This document shows, piece by piece, positions 39,275 through 50,132 of a DNA stretch of 64,000 bases. Below the pieces are notes generated by a model that saw only the letters and a program-made list of their open reading frames with translations, ran no database searches and was not told the origin of the DNA. Position 1 is the first letter of the stretch, and every line of letters starts with the position of its first letter. The stretch covers positions 205,160,001 through 205,224,000 of the forward strand of contig NC_086097.1 of assembly GCF_963921235.1 (NCBI RefSeq). Direction: 5' to 3'. Both the position numbers and the translations under genes were made by a program. Source of the stretch: Mobula hypostoma. Its lineage: Eukaryota.

Positions 39275-41976
39275 TTAACGGAGTGGCCATTGTTGTAGCA
39301 GGCCACTGTTCGAGCTTTGGCTCAACAGGCTTGGGCAAGCACAAGCAGAGGTTCTAAGTAAGTAAGTAAGTAATTAGGTTTCTAGTAAGTCTTTTTTTTC
39401 CAGTTAGTATTTAGCTCGTGCACTGAGAGTGGGTCCAGAGGTAGTGGCATGTTCTTGGTGTGAGATGTGGGAACCCTGGGAGACCTTCAGTCTCCCTGAT
39501 AACTACATCTGCATGAAGTGCATCAAGCTGCAGCTCTTCAGAAACTGTGATAAGGAATTGGAGTTGCAGCTGGATAATTATCAGTTCATACAGGAAAATG
39601 GGAAGGTGATACAGTATATAGAAGCTACAGGAAGGTAGTCCCATCCCGCCACCGCCCCCCCCTCCCCCTGCAAGTTGCAGGAGGCAGGAGAGGGAGAGGA
39701 AATGGGAAGCCAGTGCAGAGTATCCCTGTGGCCATTCCCCCCAATAATAAGTATATTGCTTTGGAGACGACTGTTGGGGGGAAACTGACCGACCGAGAGA
39801 AGTCGCAGCAACTGGGTCTCTGGCTCAGAAGGAAAGTGGGGAGAAGAGGAGTGTAGTAGTGATTGGGGGATTCTATAATTAGAAGAGCAGATTTAGTGGA
39901 CATGAAAGATACACTCAGGTAGTATGTTGCCTCCAAGGTGCCAGGGTCAGTGATGTCTTGGATCAGCTTCACTGCATTCGAGAAGTGGAGGGTGAACAGC
40001 CAGAAGCCATGGTGCATATTGCTATGAAAGGCAGAGGTGGGAAGAGAGAGATGGTGCTGAAGAGAGAAGATGGTGAGTTAGGCAGCAAGCTGAAAAGGAG
40101 GACCTCTGGGGTAGTAATCTCTGGATGACTGCCTGGGCCATGTGCCTGTGAGGGTAAGACTAGGATGACTTTGCCGATGAATGCATGGTCGAGGAATTGG
40201 GGCAGGGGGCAGGATTCCAGGTTCCTGGATCATTGGGATCTCTCAGGGGAAGTACGACCTGTACAAAAAAGGTCTGGTTACACCTGGACCCAAGAGGAAC
40301 CAATATCCTCGTGGGCAGGGTTTCTAGACTGATTGGGGAGGGTTTAAACTAATTTGGCAGGGGGATGGGAACAGGAGTGATAGAGCTGAGGATGGGGCTA
40401 TTGAAGTACAACTATATGCAGTGGGTAGTGAAACTGTGAGGAAGGGTAGGCAAATGATAAAACAAAAATTCATTTAGTGAGATGAGTTAAAGTGTATCAG
40501 GGAAGCCAAAATCAAAAAGGGTAATGAATACAGGACTGAAGGGGTTATATTTGAATGCATGCAGTATACAGAATAAGGTCAGTGATCTTGTGGCAGGGTT
40601 AGAAATTGGCAGATATGATGTGGGCCTTTCTGGGTTGTGGCTGAAAGAAGATCATAGTTGGGAGCTTAACATCCAAGGATACACATTGTATTGAAAGGAC
40701 AGGCAGGTAGTCAGAGGGTCTGGGATGACTATTAGTAAAACATGAAATCAAGTTCTTGGGAAAGTGGTGACATACGACTGGAAGATGCAGAATCCCTGTG
40801 GGTACAGATAAGAAACTGCAAGGGTAAAAAAGACCCTGATGAGAGCTATATACAGGCCTCAGAACAGTAGACAGGATCTGTGCTACAAACCATGGGAAGA
40901 GATAGGAAAGGCATGTAAAAAGGGAAATGTTATGATAATCATGTGGAGGTTATGCAGATAGATGGGAAAAATCCAGTTCATGGTGGAACCCAAGAGAGGC
41001 AATCTCTAGAATGCCAACAAGATGGCTTTTTAGAAAAGCTTATGATTGAGCCAACTAGGAGAACGGCGATTCTGGATTGGGTGTTATGTCATGACCCAGG
41101 TTTGATTAGGGAGCTTAAAGTAAAGGAACCCTTAAATTCACCCTGAAGTTTGAGAAGAAGTAGATAAACCCGAATACATCAATGTAACAGTCGAGTAAAG
41201 GGAATTACGAGCCATAAGGGAGGAGCTGGTCAAAGTTGATTGGAAGGGGAACTCTAGCAGGGATGTTGGCAGAATAGCAATGGTTGGTATTTCTGGGGGA
41301 AATTCAGAAGGCACAGGGAAGATGCATCACACAAATGAAGAAGTATTCTACAGGGAGAATGGGACAACTGTATCTGACAAGTTAAAAACAGCATAAATGC
41401 AAAAGGGAGGGCATATAATATAGCAAAAATTAATGGGAAGGTAGAGGATTGGGAACACCAGGAAAGAAATTTTTAAAAAAGCCATAAAGAGGGAAAAGAT
41501 TGTAAGCTAATCAATGATGGTAAGCTAATCAATAAAATGAAAGTAGATACAATTTTTTTTCAGATATGTAACAAGGGTACTTGGAGCTACATGATAAAAT
41601 AGGCTAATGCCAGCATGGTTTTCTAAAGAGGAGATCTTGCCTGCCTGACAAATCTTTTGGAAATGCTTGAAGAAATAACAGGCAGGATAGACAAAAGTGA
41701 GTGACTGGATATTCTTCACTTGGATTTTCAGAAGGCATTTGACAAATTGCTGCACATGAGGCCGATTAACAACATAAGGGCCCATGGTATTACAGGAAAG
41801 GTACTAGCATTGATAGAGTGGTGACCGACTGGCAGGAGGCATAGAATGGGAATAAAGGGGCCCTTTTCTGGATGGCTGCCGGTGACTAAAAGTGTGTTGC
41901 AGAGGTCGGCTTTGGGACAGCATAATTTCACATTATATGCCAATAATTTGGATGAAGGCGTTCATTGCTTTGTGGC
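39275..41976 (+). mobile_element. Degenerate CR1 retaining the 5' UTR, ORF1 (Zn finger and esterase) and 5' part of ORF2; 3' end missing
   Basis: ORF 39429-39638 has CxxC..CxxC. Esterase-like VVIGDS at about 39857 and VCCLQGARV. ORF2 start LYLNACSIQNK at about 40545. RT remnants end near 41975. Confidence 0.85.
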
Positions 41977-42215
41977 TATTGTGTATTTAATACTTCAGTA
42001 ACATTTGAGTAATATTGTAAATATATTGTTCAATTAACCATTCTTTATTGTTTGCATAATGCATTGCAAGTTATATGTAAAAGTATGTAAATGGCATACA
42101 TTATCATGCCACATCATAAGTGCATATCTCACAAAAGTAAAAATGAAACTAGATCACACACATCTCCCAGCGCCATGTTTTTTTTCCCCAATTAGTTTTA
42201 TATTTTGGAGTTACA
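41977..42215 (+). mobile_element. Probable solo LTR
   Basis: Abrupt AT-rich segment that replaces the CR1 continuation, starts near TGTGTATT and ends near GTTACA. No TSD verified. Confidence 0.4.
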
Positions 42216-42703
42216 TGAGGAAAATATTGTTTCTTAGCCATCTGGCAATGATATTTTGGATCAACTGTTTAGTACTTCAGATAATGTACATGAATAAAAT
42301 GGAAGCCCATTCTGTTCTAAAGTAATAGAGGTTTAATTAGAGCCGTCTCTATTTCCTGAGGAGACTGAGGTCCTTTAACATCTGCCAGACGATGCTGAGG
42401 ATGTTCTACAAGTCTGTGGTGGCCAGTGCCATCATGTTTGCTGTTGTGTGTTGTGTGCAGACACCAACAGAATCAACAAACTCATTGGTAAGGCCAGTGA
42501 TGTTGTGGGGATGGAACTGGACTCTCTCACGGTTGTGTCTGAAAAGAGGATGCTGTCTAAGTTGCATGCCATCTTGGACAATGTCTCCCATCCACTACAT
42601 AATGTAAACAACAGGAATTCTGCAGATGCTGGAAATTCAAGCAACACACATCAAAGTTGCTGGTGAACGCAGCAGGCCAGGCAGCATCTATAGGAAGAGG
42701 CAC

Positions 42704-42739
42704 AGTCGACGTTTCAGGCCGAGACCCTTCGTCAGGACT
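42704..42739 (-). ncRNA. Minimal type-I hammerhead ribozyme motif
   Basis: Minus strand AGTC CTGACGA AGGGTCTCGGCCT GAAA CGTC GACT. Confidence 0.82.
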
Positions 42740-43034
42740 AACTGAAGGAAGAGTGAGTAAGGGATTTGGAAGCTGGAGGGGGAGTGGGAGATGCAAAATG
42801 ATAGGAGAAGACAGGAGGGGGAGGGATGGAGCCGAGAGCTGGACAGGTGATAGGCAGAAGGGGATACGAGAGGATCATGGGACAGGAGGTCCGGGAAGAA
42901 AGACGGGGGGGGGGGGTGACACAGAGGATGGGCAAGAGGTATATTCAGAGGGACAGAGGGAGAAAAAGGAGAGTGAGAGAAAGAATGTGTGCATAAAAAA
43001 GAGTAACAGATGGGGTACGAGGGGGAGGTGGGGC

Positions 43035-44790
43035 CTAGCGGAAGTTAGAGAAGTCAATGTTCATGCCATCAGGTTGGAGGCTACCCATACGGAATATAAG
43101 GTGTTGTTCCTCCAACCTGAGTGTGGCTTCATCTTTACAGTCGAGGAGGCCGTGGATAGACATGTCAGAATGGGAATGGGATGTGGAATTAAAATGTGTG
43201 GCCACTGGGAGATCCTGCTTTCTCTGGCGGACAGAGCGTAGATGTTCAGCGAAGCGGTCTCCCAGTCTGCGTCGGGTCTCACCAATATATAAAAGGCCAC
43301 ATCGGGAGCACCGGACGCAGTATATCACCCCAGTCGACTCACAGGTGAAGTGATGCCTCACCTGGAAGGACTGTTTGGGGCCCTGAATGGTGGTAAGGGA
43401 GGAAGTGTAAGGGCATGTGTAGCACTTGTTCCGCTTACACGGATAAGTGCCAGGAGGGAGATCAGTGGGGAGGGATGGGGGGGACGAATGGACAAGGGAG
43501 TTGTGTAGGGAGCGATCCCTGCGGAATGCAGAGAGAGGGGGGGAGGGAAAGATATGCTTAGTGGTGGGATCCCGTTGGAGGTGGCGGAAGTTACGGAGAA
43601 TAATATGTTGGACCCGGAGGCTGGTGGGGTGGTAGGTGAGGACCAGGGGAACCCTATTCCTAGTGGGGTGGTGGGAGGATGGAGTGAGAGCAGATGTACG
43701 TGAAATGGGGGAGATGCGTTTAAGAGCAGAGTTGATAGTGGAGGAAGGGAAGCCCCTTTCTTTAAAAAATGAAGACATCTCTCTCGTCCTAGAATGAAAA
43801 GCCTCATCCTGAGAGCAGATGCGGCGGAGATGGAGGAATTGCGAGAAGGGGATGGCGTTTTTGCAAGAGACAGGGTGAGAAGAGGAATAGTCCAGATAGC
43901 TGTGAGAGTCAGTAGGCTTATAGTAGACATCAGTGGATAAGCTGTCTCCAGAGACAGAGACAGAAAGATCTAGAAAGGGGAGGGAGGTGTCGGAAATGGA
44001 CCAGGTAAACTTGAGGGCAGGGTGAAAGTTGGAGGCAAAGTTAATAAAGTCAACGAGTTCTGCATGCGTGCAGGAAGCAGCGCCAATGCAGTCGTTGATG
44101 TAGCGAAGGAAAAGTGGGGGACAGATACCAGAATAGGCACGGAACATAAATTGTTCCACAAACCCAACAAAAAGGCAGGCATAGCTAGGACCCATACAGG
44201 TGCCCATAGCTACACCTTTAGTTTGGAGGAAATGGGAGGAGCAAAAGGAGAAATTATTAAGAGTAAGGACTAATTCTGCTAGACGGAGCAGAGTGGTGGT
44301 AGAGGGGAACTGATTAGGTCTGGAATCCAAAAAGAAGCGTAGAGCTTTGAGACCTTCCTGATGGGGGATGGAAGTATATAGGGACTGGACATCCATGGTG
44401 AAAATAAAGCGGTGGCGGCCAGGGAACTTAAAATCATCGAAAAGTTTAAGAGCGTGAGAAGTGTCACGAACATAGGTCGGAAGGGATTGAACAAGGGGTG
44501 ATAAAACAGTGTCGAGGTATGCAGAAACGAGTTCGGTGGGGCAGGAGCAAGCTGAGACAATAGGTCGGCCAGGACAGGCAGGTTTGTGGATCTTGGGTAG
44601 GAGGTAGAAACGGGAAGTGCGGGGTGTGGGAACTATAAGGTTGGTAGCAGTGGATGGGAGATCCCCTGAGCGGATAAAGTCGTTGATAGTGTGGGAGACA
44701 ATGGCCTGGTGCTCCTTAGTGGGGTCACGATCGAGGGGTAAATAAGAGGAGGTATCCGCGAGTTGTCGCTGTGCCTCGGCAAGGTAGAGG
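43035..44790 (-). pseudogene. 5'-truncated PLE ORF: RT, Cys-rich linker and GIY-YIG endonuclease (Neptune-like); frame open but YIDD reads YIND
   Basis: FYLLPKIHK, GRPIVS, MDVQSLYTSIP, GVAMG, RYIND, PFLD, CKRNKCYTC and VIYCVRCSRCGLLYIGET. The first ~26 aa of the 610-aa track ORF come from the inverted arm. Confidence 0.93.
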
Positions 44791-45021
44791 TTTACCTGGT
44801 CCATTTCCGACACCTCCCTCCCCTTTCTAGATCTTTCTGTCTCTGTCTCTGGAGACAGCTTATCCACTGATGTCTACTATAAGCCTACTGACTCTCACAG
44901 CTATCTGGACTATTCCTCTTCTCACCCTGTCTCTTGCAAAAACGCCATCCCCTTCTCGCAATTCCTCCGTCTCTGCCGCATCTGCTCTCAGGATGAGGCT
45001 TTTCATTCTAGGACGAGGGAG

Positions 45022-45765
45022 ATGTCTTCATTTTTTAAAGAAAGGGGCTTCCCTTCCTCCACTATCAACTCTGCTCTTAAACGCATCTCCCCCATTTCAC
45101 GTACATCTGCTCTCACTCCATCCTCCCACCACCCCACTAGGAATAGGGTTCCCCTGGTCCTCACCTACCACCCCACCAGCCTCCGGGTCCAACATATTAT
45201 TCTCCGTAACTTCCGCCACCTCCAACGGGATCCCACCACTAAGCATATCTTTCCCTCCCCCCCTCTCTCTGCATTCCGCAGGGATCGCTCCCTACACAAC
45301 TCCCTTGTCCATTCGTCCCCCCCATCCCTCCCCACTGATCTCCCTCCTGGCACTTATCCGTGTAAGCGGAACAAGTGCTACACATGCCCTTACACTTCCT
45401 CCCTTACCACCATTCAGGGCCCCAAACAGTCCTTCCAGGTGAGGCATCACTTCACCTGTGAGTCGACTGGGGTGATATACTGCGTCCGGTGCTCCCGATG
45501 TGGCCTTTTATATATTGGTGAGACCCGACGCAGACTGGGAGACCGCTTCGCTGAACATCTACGCTCTGTCCGCCAGAGAAAGCAGGATCTCCCAGTGGCC
45601 ACACATTTTAATTCCACATCCCATTCCCATTCTGACATGTCTATCCACGGCCTCCTCGACTGTAAAGATGAAGCCACACTCAGGTTGGAGGAACAACACC
45701 TTATATTCCGTATGGGTAGCCTCCAACCTGATGGCATGAACATTGACTTCTCTAACTTCCGCTAG
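45022..45765 (+). pseudogene. PLE C-terminal ORF fragment (RT thumb, linker and GIY-YIG) in the plus arm
   Basis: The 247-aa translation is identical to the C-terminus of ORF 43035-44867. Confidence 0.9.
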
Positions 45766-46058
45766 GCCCCACCTCCCCCTCGTACCCCATCTGTTACTCT
45801 TTTTTATGCACACATTCTTTCTCTCACTCTCCTTTTTCTCCCTCTGTCCCTCTGAATATACCTCTTGCCCATCCTCTGGGTCACCCCCCCCCCGTCTTTC
45901 TTCCCGGACCTCCTGTCCCATGATCCTCTCGTATCCCCTTCTGCCTATCAGCTGTCCAGCTCTCGGCTCCATCCCTCCCCCTCCTGTCTTCTCCTATCAT
46001 TTTGCATCTCCCCCTCCCCCTCCAGCTTTCAAATCCCTTACTCACTCTTCCTTCAGTT

Positions 46059-46094
46059 AGTCCTGACGAAGGGTCTCGGCCTGAAACGTCGACT
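46059..46094 (+). ncRNA. Minimal type-I hammerhead ribozyme motif
   Basis: AGTC CTGACGA AGGGTCTCGGCCT GAAA CGTC GACT, predicted cut after 46090. Confidence 0.82.
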
Positions 46095-48107
46095 GCGCCT
46101 CTTCCTATAGATGCTGCCTGGCCTGCTGCGTTCACCAGCAACTTTGATGTGTGTCACTACATAATGTACTGGGTGGGCACAGGAGTACAGTCAGCCAGAG
46201 ACTCATTCCTGCCTGTGGCCATCAAACTTTACAACTCCTCCCTTGGAGGGTCAGACACCCTGAGCCAATAGGCTGGTCCTGGACTTATTTTGTAATTTAC
46301 TGGCATAATTTACATATTACTATTTAACTATTTATAGTTCTATTACTATTTATTATTTATGGTGCAACTGTAACGAAAACCAGTTTCCCCCGGGACCAAT
46401 AAAGTATGACTATGACTATTTAGAGGTCGAGTCCATCAATTGCCTCTAGTATCTATGGTGAGTCAACTTATGAACTGTTTCTCTTGTTACATTAGGGCAA
46501 AAACACATGAAGCTAACAATGTGATGTGTCAGTGTTCACTTGAAAGGATTCCATTCCAGTGTGTAAAGTAATGATGATCTAGGTCAATATTTTCAGTAGT
46601 ATTGTCATAGTCACAAGCTTCTGGTAATTAGTAAACAGTTGATATTGTCAAAAAAAAACTTCCTGTCTCAGCCACAATTACATGTCTAGTGGCAAAATTT
46701 TGATCTCTGTACATTGAGTATTTAGAGATACAAGCGAGTTAAATTCTAATCTGCCCAGCTCTAAATACCTTTGATCTGATTTGTATATGCATCACCTCTC
46801 ACTCCAAAGGATGAAAACAAAATATACCAAGGAGGAAATCCACCTCCAGGATGCTATACAAACACTGAAAGTAATAACATATGTACTGATTCAGTGCAAA
46901 GTAATATTTCCAAGAATTCTATGAAAACGAGTTTCATCCTTCAACGAGAACAAATGCAGGTTCAATCTGGCTGAGAATTACCTTCAGAATGTTTTATACT
47001 TGATTTATGATGGCATCAGTTAATTGGATGCGGGTAGAAAATTGAATTAATTGGTTGGAGGGATTTGATGCACCTATGACTCCTTCCTTGAACACTAGAA
47101 AATTCTAACGTATTTTAACATGAATTGGAAATTACATGTTAGATTTTAGACAGTTGTCTTAAAGAGCACATTGTTCCACTAAAGTTAGTCCAAAATGGGC
47201 AGCATCTTGAAGAGCAATCAAACTGCCATCCCACCTTCAGTGCAAATTAAAATAATTTCTGGCACATTTATTTTAGCACACGTCTGCTGTATCTCCAAAG
47301 GAACTAAATCATCTCAAATAATACTCAATAATCCTTTCTGCTCAGTGTCAATATTTCTTTCGTTGGGATTTTTATTTTTTCTTTCACTGTTGTAATTGTT
47401 TAACAGGGTATTTTAGTCAATAGAGCACTCATCATGTTGTTTTGATTCAGTGGATTAGTTGAGTCTAATGTTTTTTCCTGATATCATTGTCCTTTTCAAA
47501 TTTAGGTCAGTGTTTGGGAAACTGTCCAAATATCTTTGGCCGTCATTCGGGTTTTATTTGCCAGATTATTTTCAACTATTGAGCTCACACTGGCTTGTTT
47601 CCAATATCTTTCATTAGATGCAGAAATAGCATCAGCATGCGCTTCTTGTTAAGAACAGAGCAAATCCCAAGAAGCTGCTGATTTAAAATTGAGAAATAAA
47701 ATCCAAATAGAATTCAAATCTTCTTCTTAAATTTTCCAAGGGAACCATCTAATTGATTATAGGTCTCTTATCTGCAGAGATCATATTGTAGTTCTGCGTT
47801 ATCCTTCTTCCATTTACATCCACAGCCACAAATCTATTGCCTGAAAGTATTGTTTTAAAATTAGTACATGTGAGCATATTATTTCCTTTTTTCCAAATTG
47901 TGGTATTTAACACCATGGTAGAATTGTGAACAATATTTCATGCAAGGATGTGGGATGATAATAAAAAGTTGTGGCCAAATTTGCATGTAACCTATCCCAG
48001 TGATTCTGTCCAAACTGCACTCATTGGAGTTGTTCAGTACTACTCATTCTAGAAACTGCAGTATCATTTGTAGCACACATTGCTGTCGTGGGGTAGGGGC
48101 CACCAAT

Positions 48108-50090
48108 TATAGTCGTACAGCATGAGAACAGACTCTCTGGCCCAACTGGTGCATACAAACCAAGTTGCCCCAAACAAACTAATCCATTTGCCAGTGTTTG
48201 ACCCATAGCATTCCAAATCTTTTCAATCCATGTACCTGTCGTTCTCATAAATATTGTTATTGTACCTACCTCAAACACTTCCTCTTACAGCTCATTCCAC
48301 ATATATATTCACTTTGTGTCAAAATGTTGCCTCTCAAGTTCCTCGCTCACTTTAAACTTATGCTCTCTTGTTCTTGATTCCCAACCCGGGAAAAAGACTA
48401 CATGCATTAACCCATCCATGCACCCCATAAAGTCCTCAATGTCTCCTATGCTGCAAGGAATAAAATCCTAGCTCGCCCAGCCTCTTGCTACAACTCAGTC
48501 CCTCGAGGCAACATCCTTGTAAATGTTTTCTGCATTCTTTGCAGTTTAATAACAACCATCCTGTAGCAGAGTGGCCAGAACAGGACACCCCATGACCTCT
48601 CAACTTTTACAGTAAATGTCCTGACTGATTCTTGACCAGCCTGTTTGCCAGTGACTCCACTTTCAGTGAATCATCTGCTTGTACTCTAGTGTCCCTCTGT
48701 TTTACAGCAGTCTGCAGAGCTCTGCCATTCATTGTGAATGTCCTACCTTGATTTCATTCTGCAAAATGCAACACCTCACAATTAAATTCCATTTGCCATT
48801 CTTCAGCCCATTTACTGAGCTAACCAAGAATCCCTTCAATTTTTGATCACCTTCTTCACTGTCCATTATACCACCTCTTTTATAGTCATCTGCATATTTT
48901 CTAACCATTAACACAAGAGATTCTGCAGATGCTAGAAATCCAGAGCAACACATACAAAATGCTGGAAGAACTCAGCAGGTCAGGCAGCGCCTATGGAAAT
49001 GAATAAACAGATGACGTTTCGGGGCGAGAGCCTTTGTTAGGACTGAAAAGGAAGGGGAAAAACGTTAGAATAAAAATGTGGAGAAAATCAAGGATAACAA
49101 GCTAGAGGATAGATGAAGCTACATAGGTGGGGAAGGTAAAGGGCTAAAGAAGAAGAAATCTGGTACAAGAGGAAAATACACCGTGGGAGAAATGGAAGAC
49201 AGAGGGGCACTAGGGGGCGATGAGGAGACAAGGTCAGAGGCCAGAGTGGGGAATGGTAGAAGAGGGAGAGAGGAGGTGAAGAGGAAAAAAAAAGACAAAA
49301 AAATTATCAGAAGGAGAAATCAATTATCACGCTATAAGGTTTGAGGCTACCTAGCGAAATATGAGGTGATGCACCTTTACCCTGAGAGTGACATTATCAT
49401 GGAAAAAGACGAAGCCATGGACCAACATGTTCAAATGGGAATCATTACAGGAATTAAAATAGTTGGCCACCAGGAAATTCTGCTTTGGACAGATGGAGCT
49501 GAGATGCTTGACAAAGTGATACCCCAATTCACATTGGGTCATCCTGGTGTAGAGGAGGCTGCATTGGAAGCACCTGGTGCAATAGACAATCCCAACATAT
49601 TCTCAGGTGAAGTGTTGCCTCACCTGGAAGGACCGTTTAGGGCCGTGAGTGAAATTGAGGGAGGAGGTGAATGGGAAGGTGTACCACTTCTCTGGCTTGC
49701 AGGGATGTGTGCCAGGAGAGAGGTTAGTGGGGAGGGACAAATGGATAAAGGAATCATGGAGGAAGCAATCCCTGTGGAAAGTGAAGAGTGGGGGGAGGGG
49801 ATAAAGATGTGTTTGGTAGTAAGATCCCATTGAAGATGGTGGAGGTTGTGGAGAATGTTGTGCCTTGTATATTCTTATTCAAGTCACTGATATAGATGAC
49901 AAACAGCAATGGGCCCAGCGCTGAATCCTGAGGCACATCACTTACAGGCTTCCTGTCTGAGTAACAACCTTCCACTATCACCCTCTGATTTCTTGCACAA
50001 AGCCAATTTTGTATCCAATTAGTCAGCTTTCCCAGAATTCCATGAAATATAACCTTCTAGAGCAGCCAATGATGTAGCCCTTACTGAAGA
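48108..50090 (-). mobile_element. Old CR1 3' portion (48108-48908 and 49861-50090) split by a PLE
   Basis: VPQDSALGPLLFVIYISDL (49754-49981) continues as VRKYADDYK (48729-48953). 3' UTR-like end near 48110. Confidence 0.75.
48910..49860 (-). mobile_element. Older PLE 3' fragment
   Basis: Terminal tail ACACAAGAGATTCTGCAGATGCT, decayed hammerhead at about 49009-49044, and GPKRSFQVRQHFT (ORF 49603-49830). Confidence 0.85.
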
Positions 50091-50132
50091 CCAAGATTAC
50101 AATCCTTGACTTTCCAAGTCACATGATCAAAA

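Larger units (their letters stand above)
42607..46154. mobile_element. Young Penelope-like element as an inverted pair: minus arm 42607-44790, plus arm 44789-46154; 14-bp TSD
   Basis: CACTACATAATGTA at 42593-42606 and 46155-46168. Arms are near-identical over about 1.37 kb. RT plus GIY-YIG ORF. Confidence 0.97.
42340..46419 (+). mobile_element. 3' fragment of a Rex1/Babar-like LINE (42340-42606 and 46155-46419) split by the PLE
   Basis: RLYFLRRLRSFNICQTMLRMFYKSVVASAI before the PLE and SFLPVAIKLYN after it. Ends with AATAAAG(TATGAC)n. Confidence 0.75.

Noticed and set aside
43035..44867. 610-aa ORF as a functional or domesticated gene
   Set aside because: The N-terminus is an artefact of the inverted arm, the element is 5'-truncated, the RT motif is mutated, and the open frame is explained by youth.
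47506..47652. Possible alternative terminal exon (pyrimidine tract, TTTAG, 48 open codons VSVWETVQ...CASC then stop)
   Set aside because: No recognisable homology, and such a frame can arise by chance. It would need junction reads from 29171 to be credible.
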